Shown here one piece after another: positions 1 to 11,294 of a stretch of 64,000 nucleotides of DNA. Positions within the stretch are counted from its first letter, which is position 1, and each line of letters begins with the position of its first letter. Position numbers and translations under genes: made by a program. A model generated the notes under the pieces. That model did not search any database, had not been told where the DNA came from, and was given only the letters and a program-made list of their open reading frames with translations. The stretch is taken from positions 104,162,001 through 104,226,000 of the forward strand of contig CM059431.1 of the NCBI GenBank assembly GCA_030390025.1. The letters are read 5' to 3'. The DNA comes from Squalus acanthias. Its lineage: Eukaryota.

Positions 1-99
1 GCAAAGGATGAGGTCTTGTGCATTAACAACTCCAATTTTGTCTATTTTTGTATAATCTTGGGTATAGTCAGATTTGTGTATTGTTTATTATGAGAATAT

Positions 100-166
100 T
101 CAAAGAGCCGGCACAGGCACCAAGGGCCGCTTGGCCTCCTTCTGTGCTGTAAGTTTCCATGATTCT
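100..166 (+). mobile_element. CR1 LINE extreme 3' tail fragment
   Basis: tcaaagagccggcacagg...ggcctccttctgtgctgtaa...atgattct matches the CR1 3' end at 8303-8367. Confidence 0.5.
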
Positions 167-168
167 GA

Positions 169-1015
169 GGGCGCGATCTTGCCAGCCCTGAGAAGGCGGG
201 TATGGAGGCGGGACTGCCGGGAAAATGGCAGAATCTGGGGGCGGGTGCCCATCCTGCCCCCAACCCACCTCCGTGCCATTTTCCCAGGAGGTGGGTAGCC
301 GACCCGCGCCGGGTCCCATCTCCTTGGAGGCGGGAAGGGGATTAGTGCCACTTATCTGCCTGTTAACAGGTAGTTAACAGGCAGATGAGAGGATTATCAC
401 CATTTTACCCACACAAGTGCGGGCTTCCCGAAGGCTGCGAACCCTGCCAGGGTCACCGAGGCGAGCAGTGGGTCTGCGGGGGTCGGAGGGGTGCAAAAGT
501 GCACTGTGAAGGTAAGTGAAGGGTGCAAGTGTGGAGAGGTGAGTATGTGAGGTGAGTGGAAAGTGTTAGAAAACGTTTACTTACCTTTGTTTCTTCCTGC
601 AGGCTTCAATCGGTGGGGATGCGGAGAGTTTCGCACCTCACCGGCAGAGATGACAGATGGCCGCTGCATTCTCCAATGTAGCAACCATCTAATTTCTGCA
701 AAAGAAAGAGTTTTGATGAGGTCTTGAATTCAAGAACTCATCAAGCTACAGAGAATGTCAGTGTTTAACGGCTTCACAGAGCTGTCAAACACTGACAATT
801 CATCTGTCAAAAATCTTTGACAGCTGAAACATCATATGTTGACGTTCTCTGTAACCGGCTTTCCCTTAATTGGCCTGCTGAGCCCGCTGGGCGGGCTTAA
901 CAAGGTCAATCAAGGGAAAATAGCGTGGGTTGGCCAGAAGTTGAAGGAGGCGGGACTAAAACCCGACAAGTGGGAGTCCCGCCTCCAAAAGCTCCCCATT
1001 GGCAAAATCCAGCCC
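169..1015. mobile_element. Non-autonomous Harbinger-like MITE (~850 bp)
   Basis: Imperfect 16-bp TIRs GGGCGCGATCTTGCCA (169) / TGGCAAAATCCAGCCC (ends 1015); GC-rich subtermini; no convincing TSD. Confidence 0.7.
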
Positions 1016-1492
1016 AATGATTCCAAGTGGTTAACAGTGCTTGTATTCAGACTAATGAGGAGGTTGTAATGGCAGCAGTAGGCTCCTACATTGTCAGCTA
1101 TAGGTCGCTTAGTTAAACGTACATCACTTCATATAACCGGGTGTGATCCTGCCTGGCCTGGATATGGGCAGAAACTCTTTTGCATTCACTTTGTAATGTT
1201 ATTTTCTGATGTTTCACGATTCCCTTTAGCCTTTCAAGTCTTCAAGAATCTTTTGCAGCTGTACCATTCACTGACCGCTTAAATAAACACCGCGGGCTAC
1301 TTAAAATTATTCTCGTGTAGATTGCAGAAATAACAGGTCTATAAATTTCTCATTTACTCCAAAGTGCAAGTTAAACACGTATGGTGAAATTTGTTTCATG
1401 AACTGCAATAGTAATAACACCACATACAGGAGGCTATCTCCGCCTCCTAGGCATGAGAAAAGTATTTTATTATGTATTGTATTGCAAGAGAA

Positions 1493-1821
1493 GATGTTTC
1501 CATTTGTGAGGAATCCAAAATGAGGGGCCATCAATATAAGATAATCACTAATAAATCCAATAGGGAATTCAGGAGAAACTTCTTTACCCAGAGAGTGGTG
1601 AGAATGTGGAACTTGCGACCACAGGGAGTGGTTGAGGCGAATAGCAAAGATGCATTTAAGGGGAAGCTCGATAAACACATGAGGGAGAAAGGAATAGAAG
1701 GTTACATTGATGAGGTGAGATGAAGTAGGGGTGGGAGGAGGCTGGTGTGGAGCATAAACACCGGCACGGACCAGTTGGGCTGAATGGCCTGTTTCTGAGC
1801 TGTAAATTCTATGTAATTCTA
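1493..1821 (+). mobile_element. CR1 LINE 3' fragment
   Basis: ORF2 C-terminus RGHQYKI...FRRNFFTQRVVRMWN...FKGKLDKHM, then 3'UTR and attctatgt tail. Confidence 0.9.
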
Positions 1822-1898
1822 CTTAAGCACGCTTAATCGTATTTAGCTAACTATTAAACTATGTGTTTGTTATAAAGAATTTTATTTTGTAAATTCAT

Positions 1899-2792
1899 GG
1901 GGGAAAAATTCAGTTGGATTGCGCCTCTCGTTAGTGCCTTAAGAGGGCGCTAATGGGGCACAAAGCAACTAACGCCTGTGCGCACCGATCTTTGCGTCGC
2001 TCACGAAATTAACTAGACATTTTGCGGCGGCGCTAAACACTACTGTCACGATCTCCTGCGCCGGCCGATCGTGACGTCAGTCGAGAGTGCAACGCCCCGG
2101 TAGCGCCCCGGAGCGGATATTGAGTGGCGCCCCCTGTCTTACCGCCTGCCGCTAGCAACGACAGGTTGAGGGGAGCGTTTTGCAGTCAGGAAGGGACTGG
2201 GAGAGCGCTATTTAAAGGCGACCACTTCCTGCCTTTTTTTGTCGGCAAAATTTTTGCACCAGTCATTCTGAGTGAGAGAGAGAGAGATTGCAGGAGAGAT
2301 TCAAAGCTGTGTTGAGGAGTTTTGGGTACTGAGCAGCTCTTTGCAGGTTCTTTCTGGTTTGACCTTCCTTGCATCGATTTAGAAGAGACTATGGGGGCTG
2401 CAGTCTGAGCTCTTTTCCTGGGCCTCTCCATTGTTCTTTCCAACAGATTTGATGTACAGGTCTCTCCAGGCCGAGATTCAAGGCTGCAATGAGCAGGATG
2501 TGGATGTAGAGCAAGATCGACCCGCCCCTTTAAGAACTGGCCGGCGCCAGTGTGTCTGTGTTCCATTGCTGACTGACATCACATGAGCTTCGCCAGCGCT
2601 CTGAGGTAGCGCCTCGCTCCTCGGCCTTTGCGCCTTAAGACAGATGTGAAGCGCCTGATTTAGCGCTCCAATCACCTCCAGGGGCGATAAAAGTCAAGTT
2701 TGCAATCGGAGGCAATAATTAGCGCCGGGCGCTAAACTTTGCACACGGCCGATAATGGCGCCCCAAACGGGGCGATACTGAATTTTTCCCCC
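1899..2792. mobile_element. Non-autonomous Harbinger MITE family A (894 bp)
   Basis: Perfect TIRs GGGGGAAAAATTCAG / CTGAATTTTTCCCCC; colinear with and the same length as 6412-7305; termini resemble the full element at 38804. Confidence 0.9.
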
Positions 2793-4184
2793 ATCATGTG
2801 TCTTGTTATAATGATGCATATTTTATATTATTGCAATAAATTGTTCATAATGGAAATATATCAATGCTGAACATAATCATTTCCTTTCGTTAGTAATTCC
2901 ATGCAGTCATTCTTTCACACTACAGAACACAGGGATGAGCAAATGTGCACTTTAAACAAACATTCCAATCAACAGTGCTGCCTTAACTGGCCTTGCTGCA
3001 CTTTAAGCATCGGATGAAAAACTTGGCAAAGACATTAGGGACAAATTCACCGGCTAAATCTTTCTTACTTTTAAGACTGGAAAGTGATCCATCCCCAGGG
3101 TTTGCAATGCAACACCCTCCGAGGAAAAATTGATCAAACTCCACTTTCGCAGTGAAGTCAAAAGAAAGTTTCTTTGGCCGGATCGTGCAGAGAAGAATCT
3201 CTCCCCTGTGGCCCGCACGCTCCCTGTGATCCGAGAATAACAGTGTGAAATTAAAGAACCCACAAGCAGAGGTCAAACCGCTTAAACTCTGGCTGCCTCT
3301 TAAATGTTTCATGGACAGTGATTGTTAATTGTCATCTAATGCAGCACTGACAGAAGCCTTTCAGGAACAGTGGGTAGGCAATGATCACATGTCCCTCCCC
3401 AGTAGGGAGTTGAATGCTCCTTATAAACCGTAGAGTCAGACAGATGAACTGGCTGGCAGGATGGATTGTTCCCAATTTGCATAATGTGAAGAGCATTCTG
3501 AAGGAGAAAGCAGTTTCCAAACGATATCGCCTAAAAACGCATTTGACCCAGTGAAATAGGAATGTTTAATTTCTACTGGAGGTAAAAAGATTCCACTTTC
3601 TTATTAGTTATATGCTTCTTTGTTAATTAACCTTTGAATATTTAATTCTATATCCAGCCTGTAGCATATCGACCACTTTTCCATCCTTCAACAAATGTCA
3701 AAATTATAACGCTTGAGTGCGTGAGACAACCAGACAAGAATCATTTTCAGCACTGGCTTCGGAATGCTTCAAACTGTCCTGAATTTGATGAATTTATAGA
3801 GATAAGCCTTGAAACGTTTCCCGCCTCCCCCCCCCCCCCCCCAGCTACCACGATGTTCTGAACTCCACACAGTTCACAAAGGTACATCAATTATGGATCA
3901 ATAATGCCTCTCAAAAACAATAACCGACTGGCCATCTACTTCCTATCCAATTTACTTTCAGTTGTGGATCTAATTCTACGTAGAGAGCCATTCTCTATTT
4001 CCTCATCACGAGTTGGTACTTGATGCTCTGCTCTTTCACCATACTCCAGGCCGAATCACGCTGTCTTGCTCTGAAGGTTTGTGAACCACAAGATGGCTTT
4101 CAGCCTGATTGTGTAATTTTTCATGCTTCTATTCCAAACATTGTAATAAAAATAAGTTATAACATACACCAGTTCCGCATAGTC

Positions 4185-4592
4185 AAGCAGTCCGCTTGAT
4201 CGGTAGCCCATCCACCAGCTTAAAAACTCGCCACCAGTGTACTGTGTCGGCAGGATGTACTATCTACACAATGCACTGCAGCATCTTGCCGAGGCTTCTT
4301 CGACAGCACCTCGAAGGACAAGGGCAGCAGGCGCATGGGAACACCACCACCTCCAAGTTCCTCTCTAAGTCACACACCATCCCGACATGGAAATATGTTA
4401 CCGTTCCTTCATCGTCCGCTGGGTCAAAATCCTGGAACTCCCTCCCTAACAGCACTGTGGGAGCACCTTCACCACACAGACTGCAGCGGTTCAAGAAGGC
4501 GGCTCACCACCACCTTCTCAAGGGCAATTAGGGATGGGCAATAAATGCTGGCCTTGCCAGCGACGCCCACACCCCATGATTGAATATAAAAA
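4185..4592 (+). mobile_element. 3' fragment of CR1/jockey-group LINE (family 2)
   Basis: CTIYTMHCS..PRLLRQHL and SWNSLPNSTVG..FKKAAHHHLLKGN; same 3' end (ggcaattagggatgggcaataaatgctggcc) as 20760-20820. Confidence 0.85.
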
Positions 4593-5070
4593 ATAACTGT
4601 CACAGTCATTATAGAGAAACTCAATTCATAAATAACAATCATTGATAATTATTAGGATATAAAGCTTTTCCATCTGCTTCATTAGATCTATTTTTGTGCA
4701 ATCTATGTACATAATAAAAGTCTTGCATCTAATATGTAGGGCAGTCCCATTTGACGCAGTTGAAAGTGTTACACATGCAAAGTGTATTTCTTACTTTCAT
4801 CCGATTCGATAAATATCATGACGCTGAAGTCCCTGGTATCCTGGTTCGCTGGTACAGGTGGTAGAGTGGAATCCCTGTCCATCATGCCTACAGGCCCAGA
4901 CCCTGGCCCCAAACTGTGGAGATTCACTTTTACACTCACAGTAGAAAGACGTCCAGATGTGAAGAAGGAGCCTCTACAATGGGCACACTTTTTGCTGCCT
5001 GGTTTAATTGCCTTAGAACAGTCGCTCAGCCATCAATATTGAATGGATAGCCAAATTTGCTCTCACCATC

Positions 5071-5688
5071 CAACAACAATAACTTGTATTTATATAGCGC
5101 CTTCCCATGGCGCTTCACAGGAGTATTAAAAGACCAAAAAATTTGACACCGAGCCACATAAGGAGAAATTAGGGCAGGTCAAAGAGGTAGGTTTTAAGGA
5201 GCATCTTAAAGGAGGAGAGAGAGGTAGAGGAGGCGGAGAGGTTTAGGGAGGGAATTCCAGAGCTTAAGGCCCAGACAGCTGAAGGCACGGCCACCAATGG
5301 TTGAGCGATTCTAATCAGGGATGCTCAAGAGGACAGAATTAGAGGAGCGCAGATATCTCGGGGTGGGGGGGGGGGTTGTGGAGCTGGAGGAGATTACAGA
5401 GATAGGGAGGGAGCGAGGCCATGGAGGGATTTGAAAACAAGGATGAGAATTTTGAAATCGAGGCGTTGCTTAACTGGGAACCAATGTAGGTCAGCGAGCA
5501 CAGGAGTGATGGGCGAACAAGACTTGGTGCGAGTTAGGACACGGGCAGCCAAGTTTTGGATGACACCAAGGTTGCAAACAATGTGGTTCAGCCTCAGACA
5601 GATGTTAGGAAGAGGGATGGAGTCAGTGGCTAGGGAACGGAGTTTGTGGCGGGGACCGAAAACAATGGCTTCGGCCTTCCCAATATTC
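5071..5688 (-). mobile_element. L2 LINE 3' fragment
   Basis: QNLAARVLTRT..PITPVLADLHWFPVKQRLDFKILILVFKSLHGLAP; tail ggcgctatataaatacaag plus ttg repeats. Confidence 0.88.
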
Positions 5689-5714
5689 CATCCCACCTGG
5701 ATCCCCACAGTGCG

Positions 5715-5950
5715 TGTGCTATTTAAAGGAAGAGGAGGAGGTGGAGGTGGTTGGGAAGAACTTTTGGATGCCAGGGAAGTATGACATTGTCAAGGGAGGA
5801 GGGCTCCAACCCGCTGTTACCCTGCCAACTGAATGCATTTGGGAACACAGGAATCACCTGGAGCTCACAAGGGAGCAATGCCTTTGGGGGCTCCAATTCA
5901 CCAGAAAGGTAGTGATAGAGGTGTTCAAGGTGCTGTAGGAGGACCTGCAT
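5715..5950 (+). pseudogene. Degraded 5' fragment of a Harbinger transposase
   Basis: ctatttaaagg box, then EHRNHLELTREQCLWGLQFTRKVVIEVFKVL, similar to EHFSFLQLSEEQCIRRLCFSKEVVTELCHLL in the transposase ORF starting at 39295. Confidence 0.6.
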
Positions 5951-6327
5951 TGCAGCTATTGTCTGCTGTGGCTCAGTGGGTAGCACTCTCACTTCTGAAT
6001 GTAGGAGTTTGTGGGTTCATAATCCCACTTCAGAAGCTTGAGTGCAAAATCTAGGCTGACGCTCCCAGTGCAGTACTGAGGTAGTGCTGCACTGTCGGAG
6101 TTGCCAGAGGTATTAAACCGAGGCCCAATCTGTCCTGTCACGTAGATGTAAAAGATCCCATGGCACTATTGCAAAGAAGAGGAGGGGAGTTCTCCCTGCT
6201 GCACTGGCCAATATTTATCCCTCAACTAACATCAGTAAAAGATGTGGAGATGCCGGTGTTGGACTGGGGTGGACAAATGTGAGAAGTCGCACAACACCAG
6301 GTTATAGTCCAACAGTTTTATTTGAAA

Positions 6328-6364
6328 TCACAAGCTTTCGGAGCGCTGCTCCTTCATCAGGTGA
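6328..6364 (-). ncRNA. Minimal type I hammerhead ribozyme motif
   Basis: Minus strand reads tcac-CTGATGA-a-ggagc(agc)gctcc-GAAA-gc-TT-gtga: intact core, helix I tcac/gtga, helix II, palindromic AGCU helix III. Confidence 0.8.
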
Positions 6365-6411
6365 CGAAGGAGCAGCGCTCTGAAAGCTTGTGATTTCAAA
6401 TAAAACTGTTG

Positions 6412-7305
6412 GGGGTAAAAATTCAGTTGGTTGCGCCTCCCGTTAGCGCCTTAAGAGGGCGCTAATGGGGCGCAAAGCCGCTAACGCCCGGGCGCAGCGA
6501 TGTTTGCGCCGGTCGGGAACTTAACTAGACATTGTGCGGCGGCGCTAAAACTTACCGCTGCGACCACCTGCGCGCGCAGATTATTACGTCATTCCATGGT
6601 GCAACGCCCTTGTGGCGCCCCGGAGCGGAAATTGAGTGGCGCCCCCTGCCTTACCGCCTGGCGCATCCAACGACCAGAAGACTGGAACGCTATCAATCGC
6701 TGTGGGGCTGGGGGGGGGCGCTATTTAAAGGGGACCTCTTCCTGTCTTTTATTGTTGGTGGCATTTTTGAACTACGCATTCTGAGAGAGAGAGGGAGAGA
6801 CTTCTGGAGAGATTCAACGTTGTGTGAAGGAGTTTTGGGTACTGAGCAGCACTTTGCAGGTTCATTTTGATTTGCCATTCCTTGTATCGATTTAGCGGAG
6901 ACTGTGGGAGCTGCACTCTGAGCTCTTTGCCTGGTACTCTCCATTGTTCTTTCCAGCACATTTGATGTGCAAGTCTCTCCAGGCCGAGATTCAAGGCTGC
7001 AATGAACAGGATGTGGATGGAAAGCAAGATTAACCATCCCCTTTAAGAACTGGCCCATGCCATTGTGTGTGTGTTCCATTGCTGACTGACATTACATGAG
7101 CTTCGCCAGCGCTCTGAGTTAGCGCCTCACTGCTCGGCCTTTGCGCCTTAAGACAGGTGTGCAGCGCCTGATTTAGCGCTCCACTCACCTCCCGGGGCGG
7201 TAAAAGTGAAGTTTCCAGTCAGTGCCGATAATTAGCGCCAGGCGCTAATATTTGCGTCCAGACGATATTTGCGCCCCAAATGGGGCGCAACCTAATTTCT
7301 ACCCC
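6412..7305. mobile_element. Non-autonomous Harbinger MITE family A (894 bp)
   Basis: TIRs GGGGTAAAAATT / AATTTCTACCCC; TTG TSD at 6409-6411 and 7306-7308. Confidence 0.92.
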
Positions 7306-7939
7306 TTGGACTATAACCTGGTGTTGTGCGACTTCTCACATCAGTAAAAGAGATTAGTTGATCATTATCTTATTGCTGTTGATGGGACCATGCTGTGCGT
7401 AAATTGGCTGCCGTGTTTCCTACATTACAACAGTGACTCCACTTCAAATAATACTTCATTGGCTGTGAAGCGCTTTGGGACATGTAAGGCGTTATATTAT
7501 TGCCTCTCTGGGTCTTTCCAGCGGGCTAATGGGGACATCAATAGCATCAGTCAGTCTGCAGTGCAACACTGCATTAAACAGGATATTGATGTATTGTTTG
7601 CCAGAGCAAGAGGTATATCACTTCCCCCAAATCTGTCCACAAATTTCATCTTCAATTCCTTTAGGTGGCCTATTACAGTCTCTCAATAATGTCTGATCCA
7701 TTGATATTCCTCAACTCAATCGAAAGGGATTCTATTTGGATCACCTTCTCTATCTGAAACCTGATACTCTAATACTATGACATTATGTCTAATTAACACC
7801 ACTGCCACTGCCTAAATTTTTGTAAACCGGAATATTTAAGTGCCAATCGTGATCCAGTTGCAACCACGTTTCATTTATTTTAATCAATGACTCCAGTTCC
7901 ATAATTTTATTTCTTATGCTCTGTGAGTTTGACATACAC

Positions 7940-8367
7940 CAGGGATGGAAGACTAGCTACACGAAGAGACTAGAGAAACTGGGATTGTTTTCCTTAGAGC
8001 AGAGAAGGTGACGGGGAAATCTTGAAGGGTTTTGATAGAGTAAACAGGGAGAAACAGTTTCCAGTGGCAGAAGGGTCGGTAACCAGAGGGCACAGATTTA
8101 AGGTCATTGGCAAATGAACAAGAGGCGACGTGAGGGAAAACAAAATTACATAGAGCGAGTTGTTGTGATCTGGAATGCACTGCCTGAAAGCAGATTCAAT
8201 CGTAACCTTCAAAAGGGGAATTGGATAAATACTTCAAAAAGAAAAATATTGCAGGGCTATGGGGAAAGAGCAACGGGGAATGGGACTAATTGGAAAGCTC
8301 TTTCAAAGCGCCGACACAGGCACGATGGGCCGAATGGCCTCCTTCTGTGCTGTAAGATTCTATGATT
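7940..8367 (+). mobile_element. CR1 LINE 3' fragment (degraded)
   Basis: agactagagaaactgggattgttttccttagag...RVVVIWNALPE; tail gattctatgattc. Confidence 0.85.
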
Positions 8368-8796
8368 CCGTAATCATTTAGGGTTCTTTGGTTGGTCATT
8401 TTTCCTCATATTGCCTTTATACATTTTTTTTCAGCTATTTTGTCCTAAATTTCTTTTAAACTTTCTACCTCCTCATCACCTATACGCCTAGAGATTACTT
8501 TCTCCTGCCAGTTGTCCACTCTCCATTGTTTTCCCCCCCACTGTCATGGACCTCCGTTGAGGAGGCGTCCACTATAGATGGCCCTGGAGATGCCACATGC
8601 TTCAGGGTCGGGGTGGACCGGTCATTTGGGAAATCGGAAGATTTTCTGAGTGACCCTGTGAATGGCTACATAGCGCTATATTATCGGTGTCCCATTTTTC
8701 TATGAGAATCCGAAAGAATCCCTTTAGGGACACCAGTCCACCCCTGTTCAGGGTAGTCTACAGTTTTGAGAAGAGGACAAACAGCACGCCACAGTT

Positions 8797-9362
8797 AAAC
8801 AACAACTTGCATTTATATTGCGCCTTTAATGTAGTAAAACGGCCCAAGCTGCTTCACAGGAACGATATCAGACAAAATTTGACACCAAGCCACATAAAGC
8901 GATATTAGGACAGAGGTTTTAAGGAGTGCCTTCAAGGAGGTGAGAGCGGTAGAGAGGCGGAAAGGTTTAGGGAGGGAATTCCAGAGCTTAGGGCCTCGGC
9001 AACAGAAGGCACAGCCACCAATGGTGGAGCGATGGAAGTTGGTATTGCGCAAGAGGCCAGAGTTTGAGGCGTGCAGAGATCTCGGAGGGTCGTAGGGCTG
9101 GAGGAGGTTACAGAGATAAGGAGGGGCGAGGCCATGGAGGGAAAACAAGGATTTTTAAATCGGCATTGCTGGACCGGGAGCCAACGTAGGTCAGCGAGCA
9201 CAGGGGTGATGGGTACGAGTTAGAATACGTGGAGCTGAGCTTTTGATGAGCTCAAGTTTGCAGAGGGTGCAAGTGGGGGGGCCGGCCAGGGGAGCGTTCG
9301 AATAGTCGAGTCTAGAGGTAACAAAGGGAAGGATGAGCGTTTCAGCAGCAGATGATACAGCT
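8797..9362 (-). mobile_element. L2 LINE 3' fragment
   Basis: AAETLI..FVTSRLDYSNA, SLHGLAPPYLCNLLQPY..GPKLWNSLP; L2 tail. Confidence 0.88.
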
Positions 9363-9557
9363 AATGAACTCCTCTGTACCAGCCAAAAGCAGGGCACTTT
9401 GCACACTCTCAAATGATTCCAAGAATTGATGGTGTTTGGAAAGCAGCGTTACTTTGTAGGTGGGCCTAGGAACTTGGCAGCTAGGTGTCTCATGGAGCTG
9501 GGCCTCTGGACTAATTGCTTTGTCCTCCTCTGCCACCCCTACTTGCTCCTGACTCAT

Positions 9558-11294
9558 GGACTGCGATTGCGCCTACCGAGGCAGGTCCGGGGCAGCCAGG
9601 GTCGATGGCAGGGTGCGACCCCGCTGATGACTCCATCCCGCTCTGTGAAAATAATTTTACGCTGATTGGGTTTGTTAAGCCCCGCCCAGCGCGTTTGCCA
9701 GCCAATTGACGGAAGCGGGTCTGGTGATGTCATTTGATGACGTGTCATCAGCCGGTTTCTTTAAAGGGACCATGGCCAACTTTATTTTGACATTTGTGCT
9801 GTCAGTGTTCTACAGCATTGAGGTGCTGCAAACACTGCACAGAGGTGCACGGCTGCTTATGGAGGGAGTCACAGCACACAGGGAGGTCCTCTTCCCTTCC
9901 CATGGGTGGAGGGACCTCCCCAGGAGATCAACGCAGCCTGGTTGCACATTGCAGAGGAGGGCACAAGCAGGGATGTCGTCAGGAGGACCAGGGCTGCAGT
10001 GGCGCAAACCTTTAGATGATCTCAGTAGCTCACAAAAGTTTACTGCAAAGCCACACTCAACCTCATCCTGCTGTGCCACTCATCACATCCCCATCACTCT
10101 GCCTTCCATACCCTACTCCTGCACATGCTTACTCACACCAACTTACCTTGCACCTCCACCCATCCCTCTCTATCTACATTATCACTTCCTCATCTCACTA
10201 GCCAGCCCTCACACTCACCCTCATCCTACTTCAAGCATACCAACTAACAACACACAAGAGTAGGCACTTGGGTGTTTTAGCCAATGTTCATTTAAAGTTT
10301 CTGCTAATGTGCTGTCAAACATTGAAACCTTTCTTTTCAACACTTTGTGTTCTTGAACAGATTTGTGTGCACCTTTGGAAGTGTCTTAGTGAGTTGCAGT
10401 GAATAGCGAGACATAACGGTTTCCCCTGCAATGCTAATGAGTGTGAAAGGAATGGCTTGGGCATGGTAGGGATGTGTTATGGTGTTGGTGTGGGGTGGTG
10501 CCAATCAGGCGCATCATGAGGCAGCCAGGGTGAACAGCATCAAGTGAAGTAAATCTGGCCATGTTGAGGCCATCCCTGGAGTCCTGGGCAACAATGTGGT
10601 CAGATGCTGATGATCTGTGTCCTGTGCAACACGAGCTGATTGCGGAGAAAGTTGGTGTTGTTGTTGGTGCTGCTGGTCTGCCTGGTGCTGCTGGTGTTGG
10701 GGCTGATCGTGGTGGGATTCTGAGGACCAAGGTGAGATTTTTTGAAGGGCACTGATGCTGATGTAATAGATGGCAAGTGAATTGGAGATGACAGAAGCGA
10801 TCTGTCAGTGGTGAGAAAGGTTGTTCCAAAGAGGTGGCACTGGATAGAGAGTTTGCTCCAAACACTTGCAGCCTGCATAAAGCTCAATCTGTCTTCCAAA
10901 TGCAATAAGCAACAGCTTCTAACCTTGGAAAGTGAAGACCTATGAAATGGGAGCTTTTATAGATCATTTTCAGCTGTCAAGTAAAGAAATCATCACATGC
11001 TGACACAACTCCCGACCTCCTTACCTGACGTGATCCCCGAGCAGTGGGGAAGCCGTTGGCGAACTCTAAAAATCTAAAGGTAAGCATAAAATACTAGTTA
11101 ATTGCCTCTTAACAATCTCTCTAAATTGCCTGCCCTGCCGCTTGGTGTTTGGTCTGTTCTGCGATGACAGACCCGACCTCTGGGAGACTAGCGGGGAGGC
11201 GCGTTGACAGCGGGTTCCCTACCCACTGTCAAAACATTTTTTCCCAGCCGACCTGCCACCAAACGCGCCCGCTGACCCCCTGAAAAATTCCCCC
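9558..11294 (+). mobile_element. Non-autonomous Harbinger family B (~1.7 kb) with Myb-domain remnant
   Basis: Reverse-complement colinear with 26563-28261, 33902-35678 and 49034-52531; LLMEGVTAHREVLFPSHG...QWRKPLDDL; possible CAT TSD. Confidence 0.8.

Larger units (their letters stand above)
6243..7337 (-). mobile_element. Penelope-like element terminal fragment forming a fold-back, interrupted by a MITE
   Basis: 14-bp direct repeat acatcagtaaaaga (6229-6242 / 7338-7351); ~83-bp inverted arms 6277-6359 vs 6362-6411 plus 7309-7341; contains a hammerhead motif. Confidence 0.75.
5960..7500 (+). mobile_element. tRNA-head Deu-domain SINE (SacSINE1-like), split by nested insertions at 6243-7337
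   Basis: Head tggctcagtgggtagc, Deu core taaaccgaggcc..aaagatcccatggcact; sequence resumes at ~7350, colinear with the copy at 57714. Confidence 0.85.

Noticed and set aside
4795..4973. Minus-strand exon (TAG acceptor, GTAAGA donor)
   Set aside because: Weak pyrimidine tract, unrecognised peptide, and the acceptor lies within a duplicated segment
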